This document shows positions 1-11,500 of a stretch of 44,774 nucleotides of DNA, one piece after another. Under the pieces are notes generated by a model, which saw nothing but the letters and a program-made list of their open reading frames with translations, was not told where the DNA came from and searched no databases. Source of the DNA: Klebsormidium nitens (lineage: Eukaryota > Plantae > Klebsormidiophyceae); the NCBI GenBank assembly GCA_000708835.1, contig DF236998.1, positions 1 through 44,774 on the forward strand, given 5' to 3'. Made by a program: the position numbers and the translations under genes. Numbering within the stretch: position 1 is the stretch's first letter; each line of letters begins with the position of its first letter.

Positions 1-121
1 CTATGCAAATGGGAGGAGCAACTCAACGAAGGTAAGTGCGCGTGCGGAGTTTACCGCCGCGGCAGCCATTGTACAGTGTGCAAATGTGGACTGCTGTGCA
101 GTGTGGCACCTGTGACCTACC

Positions 122-816
122 GGTAAAGTATACGCAGGAACTTTACTCCAGCTAACTCTGCTCCAGCTAATCCCGGCCGATTTCTTGAGCCAGCGTGGCA
201 ATACTTTTACAGTACCCCGGGCAGGGGTTGCACCGAGTAGCACGTACCGAGCATGGAGAAGTCTGCGTACCGAGTGCTCCTGTCGCCGATGAGTCAGAGG
301 GGTTAAGGCTTGGTTAGGGAGTTGAAGCAGCGGTCTACAGTAGGATTATCATGTGAAGGACTGGATGTTGATACTAACCATGTGTACCTTTATCATGTCG
401 ATCTTGCTCGCGCTCGAGCCTCGGGGTCTTCCATTTCATCCCCGGTGATTTGGAGTCTCGTCGGTCCTAAGAACTGGGACCTAAGAATCCAACTGGGCAG
501 TGGAGTATGCCCAGGTAGGCCTGCTCGGCAGTAGGTACGGTACCCCGATACCGTGGCTCTACGGTACTCTGTGCAACGCAAGTCAAGAATGTTGGGACAC
601 TGAACCGGAAAAGTGGCACGGTTAGTCCGGCCAGGCTCATGTCTGACCCCCGGGTACCTACCCCTAAGGTTTGAGACTTGAGTGCTGACGCATATCCAAT
701 CGCAAGCAAGCATATTGCCACGCTGGCTTACTTCTGTGCACGTCGGACCTTTGAAATCGGGCCGGAGTTAGCTGGATCGGACTTAGCTGGAGTAAAGTTC
801 CTGAGTATGGTAAAGT
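122..816. mobile_element. Non-autonomous TIR DNA transposon (MITE-like, 130-808) with 8-bp target-site duplication
   Basis: TIRs ATACGCAGGAACTTTACTCCAGCTAA (130-155) and TTAGCTGGAGTAAAGTTCCTGAGTAT (783-808) are reverse complements at 25/26, with weaker pairing out to about 184/752. A perfect direct repeat GGTAAAGT lies at 122-129 and 809-816. No transposase ORF inside. Confidence 0.85.
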
Positions 817-3397
817 GACCAAATCCGTTGAACTTGGCCTGACATCACGTGGAGATGCACTCATCACATTGTACCGAACGGAACCGCGCACATGGCGGCC
901 AGCCGGGCAAGAAGTTTCGACAATCGTCCGATGCATATTTGACTTTGCCGCAATCGCTTTAAATCGTCCGATGGAATCTGTCAGAACCGAAAAAGTTGGG
1001 CTCGGCAATCTGAAGATCACGCCGCGCTCGACCCTCGCTTGCCAAATGAAGGCGGGATTGTGCATTATTGACAGTGACGTCAGTCAGTGTCGCGGCCGAG
1101 GCCGCGCCTCGGCCTACTGTGGCGGCACGCCCGGCGCCGTCCGACGCCACATGCGCAATTACGTGCGCCGTTAAGGGTGGAGGCTCTCATGCGGTTTAGT
1201 TCCAAGTGGCGCCACATCCTGCAAGCCTGACCAAAATCCTGACCCACTACAGTGATTTACATTGAAGGCTATCTACACGTCGCAATGGTCGATTCAAGCA
1301 AGAAAGGCGACGAGGATTAAATCTTTCGGTCCTCAAAGCTCTCATTTGAAACGTGCGATTTCAGACTATAATATGTGAAGCTGATTCCGAATGCAGGTTA
1401 TAGATCCTCCAAATGGTTCGCCAGCCGCAGGCCCCGCGTAGGCGATGCCGAAAAGGGCGCCCGGAGTCAACGTTAACATGACAGGCAGCTCGTCAGAGGA
1501 GCCAAGAAGCAAGCCCCACGAACGTAAAAATAGACGACGCCTTCTCGTCGACCTTGACTCTCGCAATCCTGAGAATCAACTACTCTGCAAAACCGTGACG
1601 CTTCGAGCTGAATCCACTTTCCATCGCCAGTGCCATGCCAGGAGCAGTGGACTTTCAAACTTCGAGCGGACCTGTTATTCGTTAGTGCTGAGCTCCCGAA
1701 GTGTACCGGCCGAAGCTAATTCCTTGCCGTAAGGCCTGCGGAATCAACGCTAAGAGTCCACATCATTTCGTCCGGCGCTCAATCAGAAACTACTTATGAC
1801 AAAAGGCTCTTGCGTCTACTTCCTAAACCCTGACTTTGACAGCCACGGCGGCTTGATCCTTGCCTCTGAAATTAGAAAAGAACCAGCGGGTTTGCAATCA
1901 AAAAAGACTCTTTGCCATTTTAAGAACGCCAAGGATGCCCCTTCATCTACCTGTCGCCGTTCTGCACGGTGGCGCCTCGTGTATACCATTACGCCGTGCA
2001 GAGCAAAGTTGGCAGGAATCAAGGATCCGAAACGCAACACCCCTTTCGCACATCGTGCACCAGTCAATGAATACAGAGCAGTATGAACCAGGCCGCGGAG
2101 GCATCGTCATAAGCTGCTAAGGATCGACAAGTTTTCTCCTCCCCTGACCTAGTCGGAGTGATGGGGCGCTCGCTCCTTAGAAATATGACAGATCGAAACA
2201 TTTCCTTATGGAAACAAGCTAGCTTGCATCGCTGGCAGAGCGGACCCCACCGACTTTGTCTCTGATACACAAGCTGCGTCTTTCGACCATTTAATTTTGC
2301 GAACGATATAATCGAACCAGAGAGAGTTTGAGAGACCGACGAGACATTTTCTTCCCAACCTGACCGTAGCGTCACAAAGTTCTAGTCTTGTTGTACCGAG
2401 AGGGGTTGCGTGTTGCCACAAGTCTTTTCGGCACCACTTGAAGAACATGAGCTGGAGAGAGCACGAGAGAGCACTATCGTGCCGCCCCGTCCTGCCGAGA
2501 AACCTGTATAACAGCGAAAGCGGCATGTGTACCGCCAGAGTCCTCTCAAGCAGGACGAAACGGCCAGAGGAAAATGTGAGTCACTAGCAGAAGTTTGACT
2601 GCGAATGCCGCCCAGTCATTCTGCTTGTAAAGGGCATTCTGACAACCAGACTGATGATACTGCTTTGGCCTAGGAAACCATAACAGCTGTCGTCCTTGCC
2701 GTCTTCCGAAAAAGCGATGTTTCCAAGCACGCAGCGTGCTTCCCATCTTGACCACATTATAGTCCACAATATGCGAAGAGTACTGTTGAAAGAGGATTCA
2801 AATGGGCGCCCAGTGTTGAAGACGAGCGCAATGAAAACGTGGTCAGAACGTTGGCAAGGGCAACTCGTGTCAGATTGACGCCTTTTAGCAAATGTCAAAA
2901 ACAGAGTAACCTAGGCTGTTGTTTGGCCAGTCTTCCACGACCCGTCATCCTATGCACGGAGGGCCCCAAAGCGTACTGGGGTCTTCTCTTGAGGCAAGAG
3001 GTACGAAGCGAGCTACTACGTACGTGTCAGCATCGCCTCCTGACGAAGCTTTGACTGATTACCTTGATGGCGGCAGCAGCTTGAACTTTGCTGCGGTGCA
3101 ACGGCGGAGCAAATGTGCGCGTTGGAAGGTCAAGTTTTACAAAAAAGGTCGGCCAGTCATCGAGGATTGTAGGAGAGACGACGCACGACAATCAGACGAG
3201 ATGAGAAGGGGCCACATGAGGTCACACCGCCTCGACGTAGCGATTAGTCGCGGATCAAGAGGGAGTTAACACAACAAAGGCAGTGGCATGCGATTGATCA
3301 ATTACCAAGGCAAGCGACTAGGTTCAGCAAGACAGGAAGGTGATCTCTTCCACTCTGATCAGGAATCATACAAATAAGCGACGCACAACATTTGACG

Positions 3398-3464
3398 TGG
3401 CAATCAAAACTCTGGTTTCCCATCTGCCTTCCTCAGGCTTGGCAGGCGCTAGTCATCATTGCCT
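3398..3464 (-). ncRNA. Box C/D-like small RNA unit
   Basis: Minus strand reads aggca-ATGATGA-ctagcgcctgccaagc-CTGA-ggaaggcagatgggaaaccagagtt-TTGA-ttgcca: canonical C box, internal D'-like CUGA, UUGA D box, GGCA/UGCC stem. Confidence 0.5.
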
Positions 3465-3846
3465 CCAAACAGCAATATTTGGCCATGATCGGCCCGTCAG
3501 CTCGCAGGAAACGAGCAGCGGGCAAGCGGAAATAACAGCAACAACGATGGTAGCTGATCTCGGAGATTGCAAACCGGCTCAAGGCGCCCGCGGCATATGT
3601 TTCCTCATTGCTTGAAAGAAGGAAAGCCAGTTGGCTCGCATGCGTCAATTCTGGTCTGCAAAGTATGCGGAATAGCAATCCTTTGTGCGTGCTGCAGGCC
3701 GAGCTGGCAGTATACCAAGAAAGGTTGCGAGCGTTTACAACGCTTGCAGACGCGTTCGCAAATCATATATATGTCCGCTACGAGGGATCAAGAATGCAAA
3801 AGGAGCGCTTACTGGGTTGCTCTACGACAGCCGGTGTTCTCTGATG

Positions 3847-3921
3847 AGGCAGTCAGAGGTCCGACTTTGAAAAGGAATCCCCCCTGGGGGCGGGATCCGC
3901 GATGAATCGTCCTCATTGCCT
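3847..3921 (-). ncRNA. Box C/D-like small RNA unit
   Basis: AGGCA-ATGAGGA...CTGA-c-TGCCT: 5-bp terminal stem, canonical D box, one C-box mismatch. Confidence 0.45.
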
Positions 3922-5259
3922 TGTGTAACAGTCGACCAGCTAGTGCCGAAACTAGAGCTCCAAAAGTGCTCGTTAAGACGTAGGAGACTTCATACAAGCG
4001 TATCCCGGACCTCCAGGACTGCAAAGCTGTACGGAGGGATTGACAGCGCTGTGCCCTCTTCGTGCAGATTGATATGGATACAGATGTGGGCACGAATTGC
4101 GTCAAGTCGACTGCCTCTTTTGAGTCAGTTCTCACTGAAACAGCACCGGAACTTGACTGGAATCCACCGCCATTGCTGCATATTTCAAGATATTTACAGA
4201 GGAAACAAAACCTTACCCGATAGGACTTCTACCAATTGACAGAGGAAAAACAAGGAACAGGCTTTTCGCAAGCGATTCTCCATGCAACGGAATCGTCGAT
4301 CAAACGTGCCACCCGTAAATTACTGTTACCGCTTTGGTCCTGATGGGCCATGGGGAAGTGTCATCCTTGCCCGCACGAAGGAGCCAAGTCACCGGCAAAA
4401 CGTGCGTGCCACTGGTTCAAGCCTAACGCCGTCAGCGTGGTTTCAGCGATTCTATCATTATACAGCTGGCCAAGGACATGTTGGGAAGAAGACAGGTATT
4501 CAAATCCTAGAACTACCCCCGCAACAAACTGACGCGGCCTCAAAGATGCCAAAGTGGTTCGGACCAGATAGGCGGCCAACGTAACTACTTTTGTTTGACA
4601 TTACACAGGCACCGAAATGCCTCAAATGACCAAGTGACGCCAAACTGAGACGTGCTTTTCAGGCGACCATAAATGCTTCAAGGGCAGCTTGATGACTTTT
4701 TGGTCACATTGTGGTGACTGCTGATCGATCGAGCGGATAACATTACAGCAATCAGGCACGGGCATGGGTGGCGCCCCTCTAGACCGAGGGGGGGCGGGGG
4801 GGGTTTGTGATGGGCCCTTATCTAGCAAGAAAGGCAATCGAAGGACCAACACTAACAATCTTCGGTCCTGAAAAAACACCAGTCGCTTCTCTCCACTGCC
4901 AGAAAGGAAATGCTCATCAAGTGGCCGTGGTAAAAGGTCGCCAAACCCATGTTCATTGTCAACGTACACATAAAGGACATCAACAAATGATAAACCAACG
5001 CCGCGCAGTGCAAATCGGGCGCGAACCAGCTTGTTGAAGGTTTGACAAATAAAGTCGAGCATTGGGCACGTGACGTTATATGTGCAAACTAATTAGGTTT
5101 CTCGAGCATCCCGGCCGACGTGAAACATCAGGACACGTACACTCTGTGATACAAGCGTCCCACAGCGCAGTCCACGTGAGATTATCCCATTCAGCGCTCT
5201 ACTACCCCGTGCTGAACTTCGTAACATACAATCTTATCGTCTAGATGCAAGAGAGGCGG

Positions 5260-8200
5260 CCAGCTCACATTCAAAACGAAATTACCGATTCATGGAGTTG
5301 TCAAATACAAGATTTGAAAATATCGAATGCAGGTAAACAATTCGTAAGATTGTTCGATGTTGAAACTGAGCAGAAGGGCGCCTACAGTCAACATGACAGG
5401 CAGCTTGTCAGAGGAGCTGAGAAAGAAGCCACGAGAACGCAAAAGTCGGGGCATTTATGTCATAAGCCAGCAAACTTGAGTATCGAAATCTCGAAAATCG
5501 GACTACGTCAGGACAATCCTGAAGCTTCGAGTGCACATTCACTCTCCAACGCCAGCAGTAGCAGTGAGTTCGAGCGGACTTGTTCTTTGCAGTGCTGAGC
5601 TCTGACTCTTGCTGGAAGTGAACTGGCCAACGCTAGTGCCCTCCGAAACGCCAGCAGGATAATCAACGCTGTCCACAATCCTAACCCTTTCGACCGGCGT
5701 CCAATCACGAAATGCCAATGTATGAATACGGCCTCTTACGCCACCTATGCAGCCCTGGCTTTGACGAGTCATGGCAACTTGCAATCATTGCCTTAAACCA
5801 AGAGCCAGCGGTCTGCGTTCAAAAGCGCGTTTTCGACAACGCCAAGGCCGATGTTCCGATTGCATTGATCATGCTGCCTTCCGCAAGGTCGCGCGAATTG
5901 TGTGCACCGTCCAGATCAAAGCTGGCAGGAAACAAAAATAAACCTGCAATGCCCCTTCCGCACATCGCGCCTCAATCGGCAAGTAATCCAGAGCAATATG
6001 AAGCAGAACGGATCGTCATAGTTTGCGAAGCAAAGCGACGACATTCAGTGTTTAGTAGACGAAGTTGCGAGGGCGCTGACCCGTTAGGACCATGGCTCAA
6101 TGCTCTTGTTGTCGTTCTATTAGGAAGTTGTCAGCTTGCGACCGCGACGAAGCGGCCGTTTCTAATCTTACGTCCAGTACAAAATCTGCGTCTTTCCAAA
6201 TTTGACCTTGCCAGGGTCGGTGAAATTGCAACGTGTAAAAATCAGAGCAACGTCGAGACGTCTTATTCAAAACTTGTCCGAGCGGCTCAAAATCTTCGTA
6301 CTGCACCGAGGCGATACAGTTTTGCGACCTTCACCTCGTTGGCAGCACAGCCTGAGGGGAACCGGCTGAAAGAGATCCCGCAATCGCAAACTTCTTCGAA
6401 GAGTAATGAGGCACAATTCTGATGGAAGATTCTGTATCAAGGCTGCACGGGAGGGCAATCGCCAACAGGAGTTCTCTTCAGCATTTGACTCTTGAGGGCT
6501 GAGGGAGTCGGAGATCCGTCGAAGGTTCTGAAAGTGCCGCCCATTCGGACTGCTTGCAATCGGCTTTACGGTCAGACCAAATTCTATCTGGCCTAACGGG
6601 CCACAACAGCTGTCGTCCTTGCCGTCAAAACTAAAAAGCAACGTTTTCAAGCACGCCGTGCTTCCAATCTTGACCACATGAGAGTCCAGATTATGCAGAT
6701 TGTGACAGGCCGGAACTTGGCGCAGTAGTACATTCTTTTAGAGTGAAGAGCGCCCAATGTCGAAGACGCAAAAGAGATCCAGACACGACGTGGTCAGAAG
6801 GCTGGCAAGGACAACTCTTGCCAAACCGACACCACGGTCAGCGGATCTCAAAGATTTGATCTCCTCACTCGTTCAGCCAGATTGTCCGACCTGTAACCTA
6901 TTTACTGTGACGGGCAGCCAAAAAGCGTTACGAAGCCGAGCCTACGTGTCGGCGTCGCCTCCTGAGGAAGCTTCTGATTATCTGACGGCGGCAGCAGCTT
7001 GAACTTGCTAAGGTGCGCAGAGCAGAGCAAAGGGGCGTGTTCAAAGGTCAACTTTTCAGAAGAAGTCGGCCAGTCAACGACAGTTGTAGGAGAAACAGCA
7101 CGACAATCAGAAGAGACGAGCAGGGGCCACATACGTCCACAACGCCTCTGATTCATCTGCTAATTATCGCATATCATGCTAATTATAGCGTATCAGGAGG
7201 GAGGTGATCACAGAACAGAAACCGTGGCACGCGATCTGAGTATCGAGGCAAGCGATTATCCAGTTTGGTTTCAGCAAAACAGGAAGGTCTCGCTTACTTC
7301 GGACTCAAGCCGAAGTAAATAAGCGACGCACAAGATGACGGGGCAATCAAATTCTCCGGATTGCACTGCCTCCTTCAAGTTGAGGCTTGGCAGCTGATCA
7401 ACATTGCCTCCAAACAGCAATTGTTGGCCACATTGATTGACCGGTCAGATCGCAGCAAACGAGCAGCGGGCCGCAAGTGAAAATAACAGCAATAACGACG
7501 GTTATGCGAGATTGCAAACCTTCTCGAAGAGCTCAAGGCGCGTTTATGTTTTCACGCTCGGCCTAAAACGCCCGCGACATCTGCTTCATCCTTGCATGAA
7601 AGAAGGAAAGCCACTTGGTTCGCAGGGACGCACGCTAGCGCATCAATGCCAGCGTCAAGTCAGACTGGCAGCCTACGCAACGTCGCAACCCTTGTGCGTG
7701 CTGCGGACTGAGCTGGCGAGACACCAAACCAAGTTGTCAAAAACCTTTGCCACACCAGCAGACGCTTTCGCAAATTTCAGTCATGAAGGACCGAGAATCC
7801 GCAAGAAGGGCTCATTTTGTTGCTCTACGGTGGCCGGTTTGCCGTAAATGGCAGTCAGGGATTCTTCAAACACAGCAGTGGCCCCACTGGGGTCAAGGAT
7901 GGTTCGTCCTCATTGCCTTCGGAACAGCCGACCAGCTTGGTACTAAAGAAATTGCGGCTCTCGTGAAGAAGACGATTCTGAGTCCAAGCTGCGCGTTCCG
8001 GACGTTCAGGTTTGCAAAGCTTTACGGAGCGATTAAAAAGCGCTGTGTCCTCTTAGCGCAGAGAAATAGGTATAGAGGATGGCGTCATGTTGCATGAGTC
8101 AAATGCCTCTCTCCCGAGACTGTTTTCGAGGTAGCATCGGGAAGTCTGCTGGCTGCAATCACCGCCAAGTGCATCTCACTTGAGAGTTACGGAGGAGACA

Positions 8201-8530
8201 ATCCTTACCTGCAAAATCATATACCGGCGCAAAATCATGTACCGGTTGAAAACGTTGGGATAAGGAGACAGTTTCCCGCAAGCGATTCTCCAACCCGTTC
8301 GTTTGGATGTGCCGCCAAATATAGCATATTGGTTACGGAGGGCAATCCGGCAGCCATGGCACCCTTTTGGCCTATCGGCCATGGTGACGTGTCATCCTTG
8401 CCCGTACGAAGGAGCAGAAAGTCTCGACAAAAAGAGCGCGCCACAACTCTAGCCTAAGGGTAAGGGCGGTGTTCCATACTGTCAATCAACATACAGTGGC
8501 CAAGGAAATGTTAAGAAGAAGAGGTGAACT
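5260..8530. repeat. Diverged ~3.2-4 kb direct duplication, unit 2
   Basis: Partner of 1330-4530. Many indels and no shared reading frame found. May begin near 4830 (aatcttcggtcctgaaa resembles 1320). Confidence 0.85.
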
Positions 8531-11500
8531 GGTACCACGTGGTGTCGACCCGTCCTGAAGGAAGATATGATCGCTTGTGCTGGGAGGATTACACACCAAA
8601 AGCGCTGTACCGTGAAATGTCAGTGTAATGCACGGCCTTCCAAGATTTTACGACCTTGAAATCGTGCGTGGCTGGCAAAAGCTAGTGGTGACTTACAGAC
8701 AAGTGACATCCTGCTCTTGCGTTCAAAGGGCATCCGAACGGAAGTGCGGCGCACTGGCTGAGGGCCCTGGCGGCTTCTCTTCATCGCCCTCACCAGTAGC
8801 TCAAATGGAAATTGACTACGAGAAGCAGGACGCGTTTGCTGCTGCCGTAGTGCAGGGAGAGATCTGAACGTTGCAATGATGGACTTGGGAAAGAGTGCGG
8901 ACAGTCACCAACGATACACAGAATTAGGAGCGAGTGCCAGACTGACGACGATCTAGAACGGCGCCGCACGTTCTCGCAAGACAGGCTTGTCGTCGGCTCT
9001 CCTCGGTGCACAGTGGAAAGTGCAAAACAAGGCCGTCAGTGCACCAGATCCACTCCCGCAGCAAGCTGCTTGGTTTCATACTGAACGAAAGTCAATCGTG
9101 AGCCCTATCAGAAACTTGTACCTTGAAAAGTGACCCGGCAATCAAGACCAGACTGTTCCTGCCCTAAGAGGCACTTAGTGGTCCTGAATACCACCGCCTC
9201 AGAACAAAGGCCATCGACTCGAAGGGAGTCAAAGCAATAGAAGAGAAGTCCACTCAAACATACGAAGCAGAAAGTCCAACGGATGCCAGGAGCTCGCCTT
9301 CAAAGCCGCCCAAGACTCGAGAGGCTCGCCGAAGGGCTCAATAACGAGAGTCCAGCGAAGCACTCTTTAAGGGGGAGAACCCACTTTGACTTACTGAGAA
9401 CGTTTTCGCTAGCCCACCTCGGTTACTGCATACAAGTTGTTCCTTGAAAGGCGGTCGGACTTTGCTTTGCGAGCCAGCGTCTTCCCTGAAGCTAAAAATC
9501 CCGGCAGTCAAAAATAAATCATATGCGGTCAAGAAGGAAGCAAGTGAGCAGTCAGAAATTGACAGCCTGCGCCTCGGCTCAACGTATGTCACGACTTCCG
9601 TCGCATTTTGATAGATGGGAAGCTAGACGTCAGAGGGCCTCAGCCACTCGACGTACATGAGTCAGGTGCTGCGTCATCTGACTCTCTTGTAGTATGCTTG
9701 TCAAGCTAAAGGCGTTCAAAAAGTACTGTGAGAGACTCTAACTTTTGTGAGCTGAGATGGCACGAGACACGGTCTGGCAAATTTACTTGCGAGCGACCAA
9801 TTGGCAGCACCTACGCACGCAACCTATCCGTGGCAGCAATCGGACATGGCGCCACCTACTTGGCCACCAGAGGAGCCATATATGCTCTTCGTCACTGCCG
9901 TCACAGGAAAGCACGATTGAAAGTCCTGCGGTAAAAGTTGGCAAAAGGCGCTTCTTGTGAAAACGAACACTACATAAACGACCGTTGCTAAGCAAATGTC
10001 CAAGCAGAATATGGATGCTCCTATAAAAAAGCCCAACAGCAGTTGAGATTACACTATGCTTAGTAAAGTGGAGCCTCGCTTTACTTGGGGTAGTGGACGG
10101 CTGATTGCACCAGCTTTTGGATGCACAGACTGTGTTCAGATGGGCGCAGACTGCTGTAACGCATTCCTATTACTCAAAGGTGTTCAAGAAACCCGCGCCC
10201 TAGGCGCACACTAAAGATAATAGGTAGCTTTCGTGCGATCCTCAAAGTCGTTACAAAGCTTGAGCAAGCCCATGGAATCTGCTGAGAACTTAGGTTCAGA
10301 TGTCCCTTTTCTGACATCACCTTCATATCGGACTGTACTGTTGCACGTAGCAAGGCATCAGAATACAAGTTCTTTGGTCCAGTGGCGCCTCGTGGGCAAG
10401 TCCTGCTTGTCTTCGTTACCATGATAAGAAACGCCAATTAACACTACAAAGCCAACAGAGTCCTCTATCTCGCTTCGCCCACGTACATGCAAGCAACAAA
10501 GAACTGTGTTTCAGAAAGACGAGTTCTAAGATAGATTGACGCATTCTCTGGAACATATGATTGAAGTGTTGCGCATCAACCGCAGACGAATTACCCCCAA
10601 GACGACCCTCACGAGGAAAGCCAAGCTTTTGAAGATCCTCCAGAAGCTGATTCGAGGCGCGGCGCCATCAGCTCGTTATAAGCATTTCCCGTCAAACCAA
10701 ACGGATCCGGGCTCACAGTCGAAGGTCGAACGACCGAGCTACATGCTGATAATATGCTATCATGAAGTGCTACGCGGTCTCAAAAGTATGCTGTTACCGA
10801 CAATCCGCAACATGCCTTTTCGAGTTCCCCGCGATTAGCCCTTAGGGCCATGACCCTCGGCTTTGAAAGTTGCAAGCATTGACACGCCGGCAGAATTAAG
10901 GAGCCCGAAGCGACTATGTACATGCTGAAACCGCGCAGTGTGCGGTGACAATCAGACGCGGCAGAGCGGGCTGTTCACATACATAAGCACGGCGGCTCGT
11001 CGTCAAGGTGGTAAAAGCATTGGCTCCGGGATTTGCTGCTCATGCAATGGCAAACATCAAGGCGACGAGCTAATTTGCAGCCACTTGTCCTGTGCACACG
11101 ACAAAAGGCGATCGCACACATTGCTCCAAGTTGGCCCAAAGGGCTGTGGGGCTGGTTTGCCTTGGCTTCGAAAGAAATGCTTCAAGACTGTTTGAACGAG
11201 AGACAGAGAGCACCTCTGCTAAGGTGGGAGGAACAGCGGAAACCTAAATGCACTTGCCGTGATCACCCAAACGTTGAAACCGCTCCAAATGATGGTGCAA
11301 CTATAGACAACACCAGGCGTACTTCTTAAGCAGTGTTTGCAATCTACAGACTTGCCACTAGCGCCATCCACATTTAGGCAGAGACTCCGACTTGAGCGCG
11401 ATATTTGATCGCGATGGCCATCATGGTTTGTCTTCATTGCCCTACACCAAGCGGCCAGAAAGCTTGATTCTGCCGATCGAAGAAGAAAGAGGCCCAAGTC

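Larger units (their letters stand above)
1330..4530. repeat. Diverged ~3.2-4 kb direct duplication, unit 1
   Basis: Colinear blocks match 5260-8530 at an offset of about 3920-4030. Examples: 1455 aagggcgcc..aacatgacaggcagctcgtcagaggagc vs 5373; 2684 cagctgtcgtccttgccgtc vs 6607; 4360 gtcatccttgcccgcacgaaggagc vs 8391. Confidence 0.85.

Noticed and set aside
4787-4803. Poly-G run as a G-quadruplex; also (AAAAG)n at 36971-37020
   Set aside because: Simple low-complexity tracts with no supporting context.
5712-6422. 236-aa + strand ORF and other long six-frame ORFs in 1-13 kb
   Set aside because: No recognisable domain, frame not conserved in the paralogous unit, and none of the GC-rich codon bias of the real exons.
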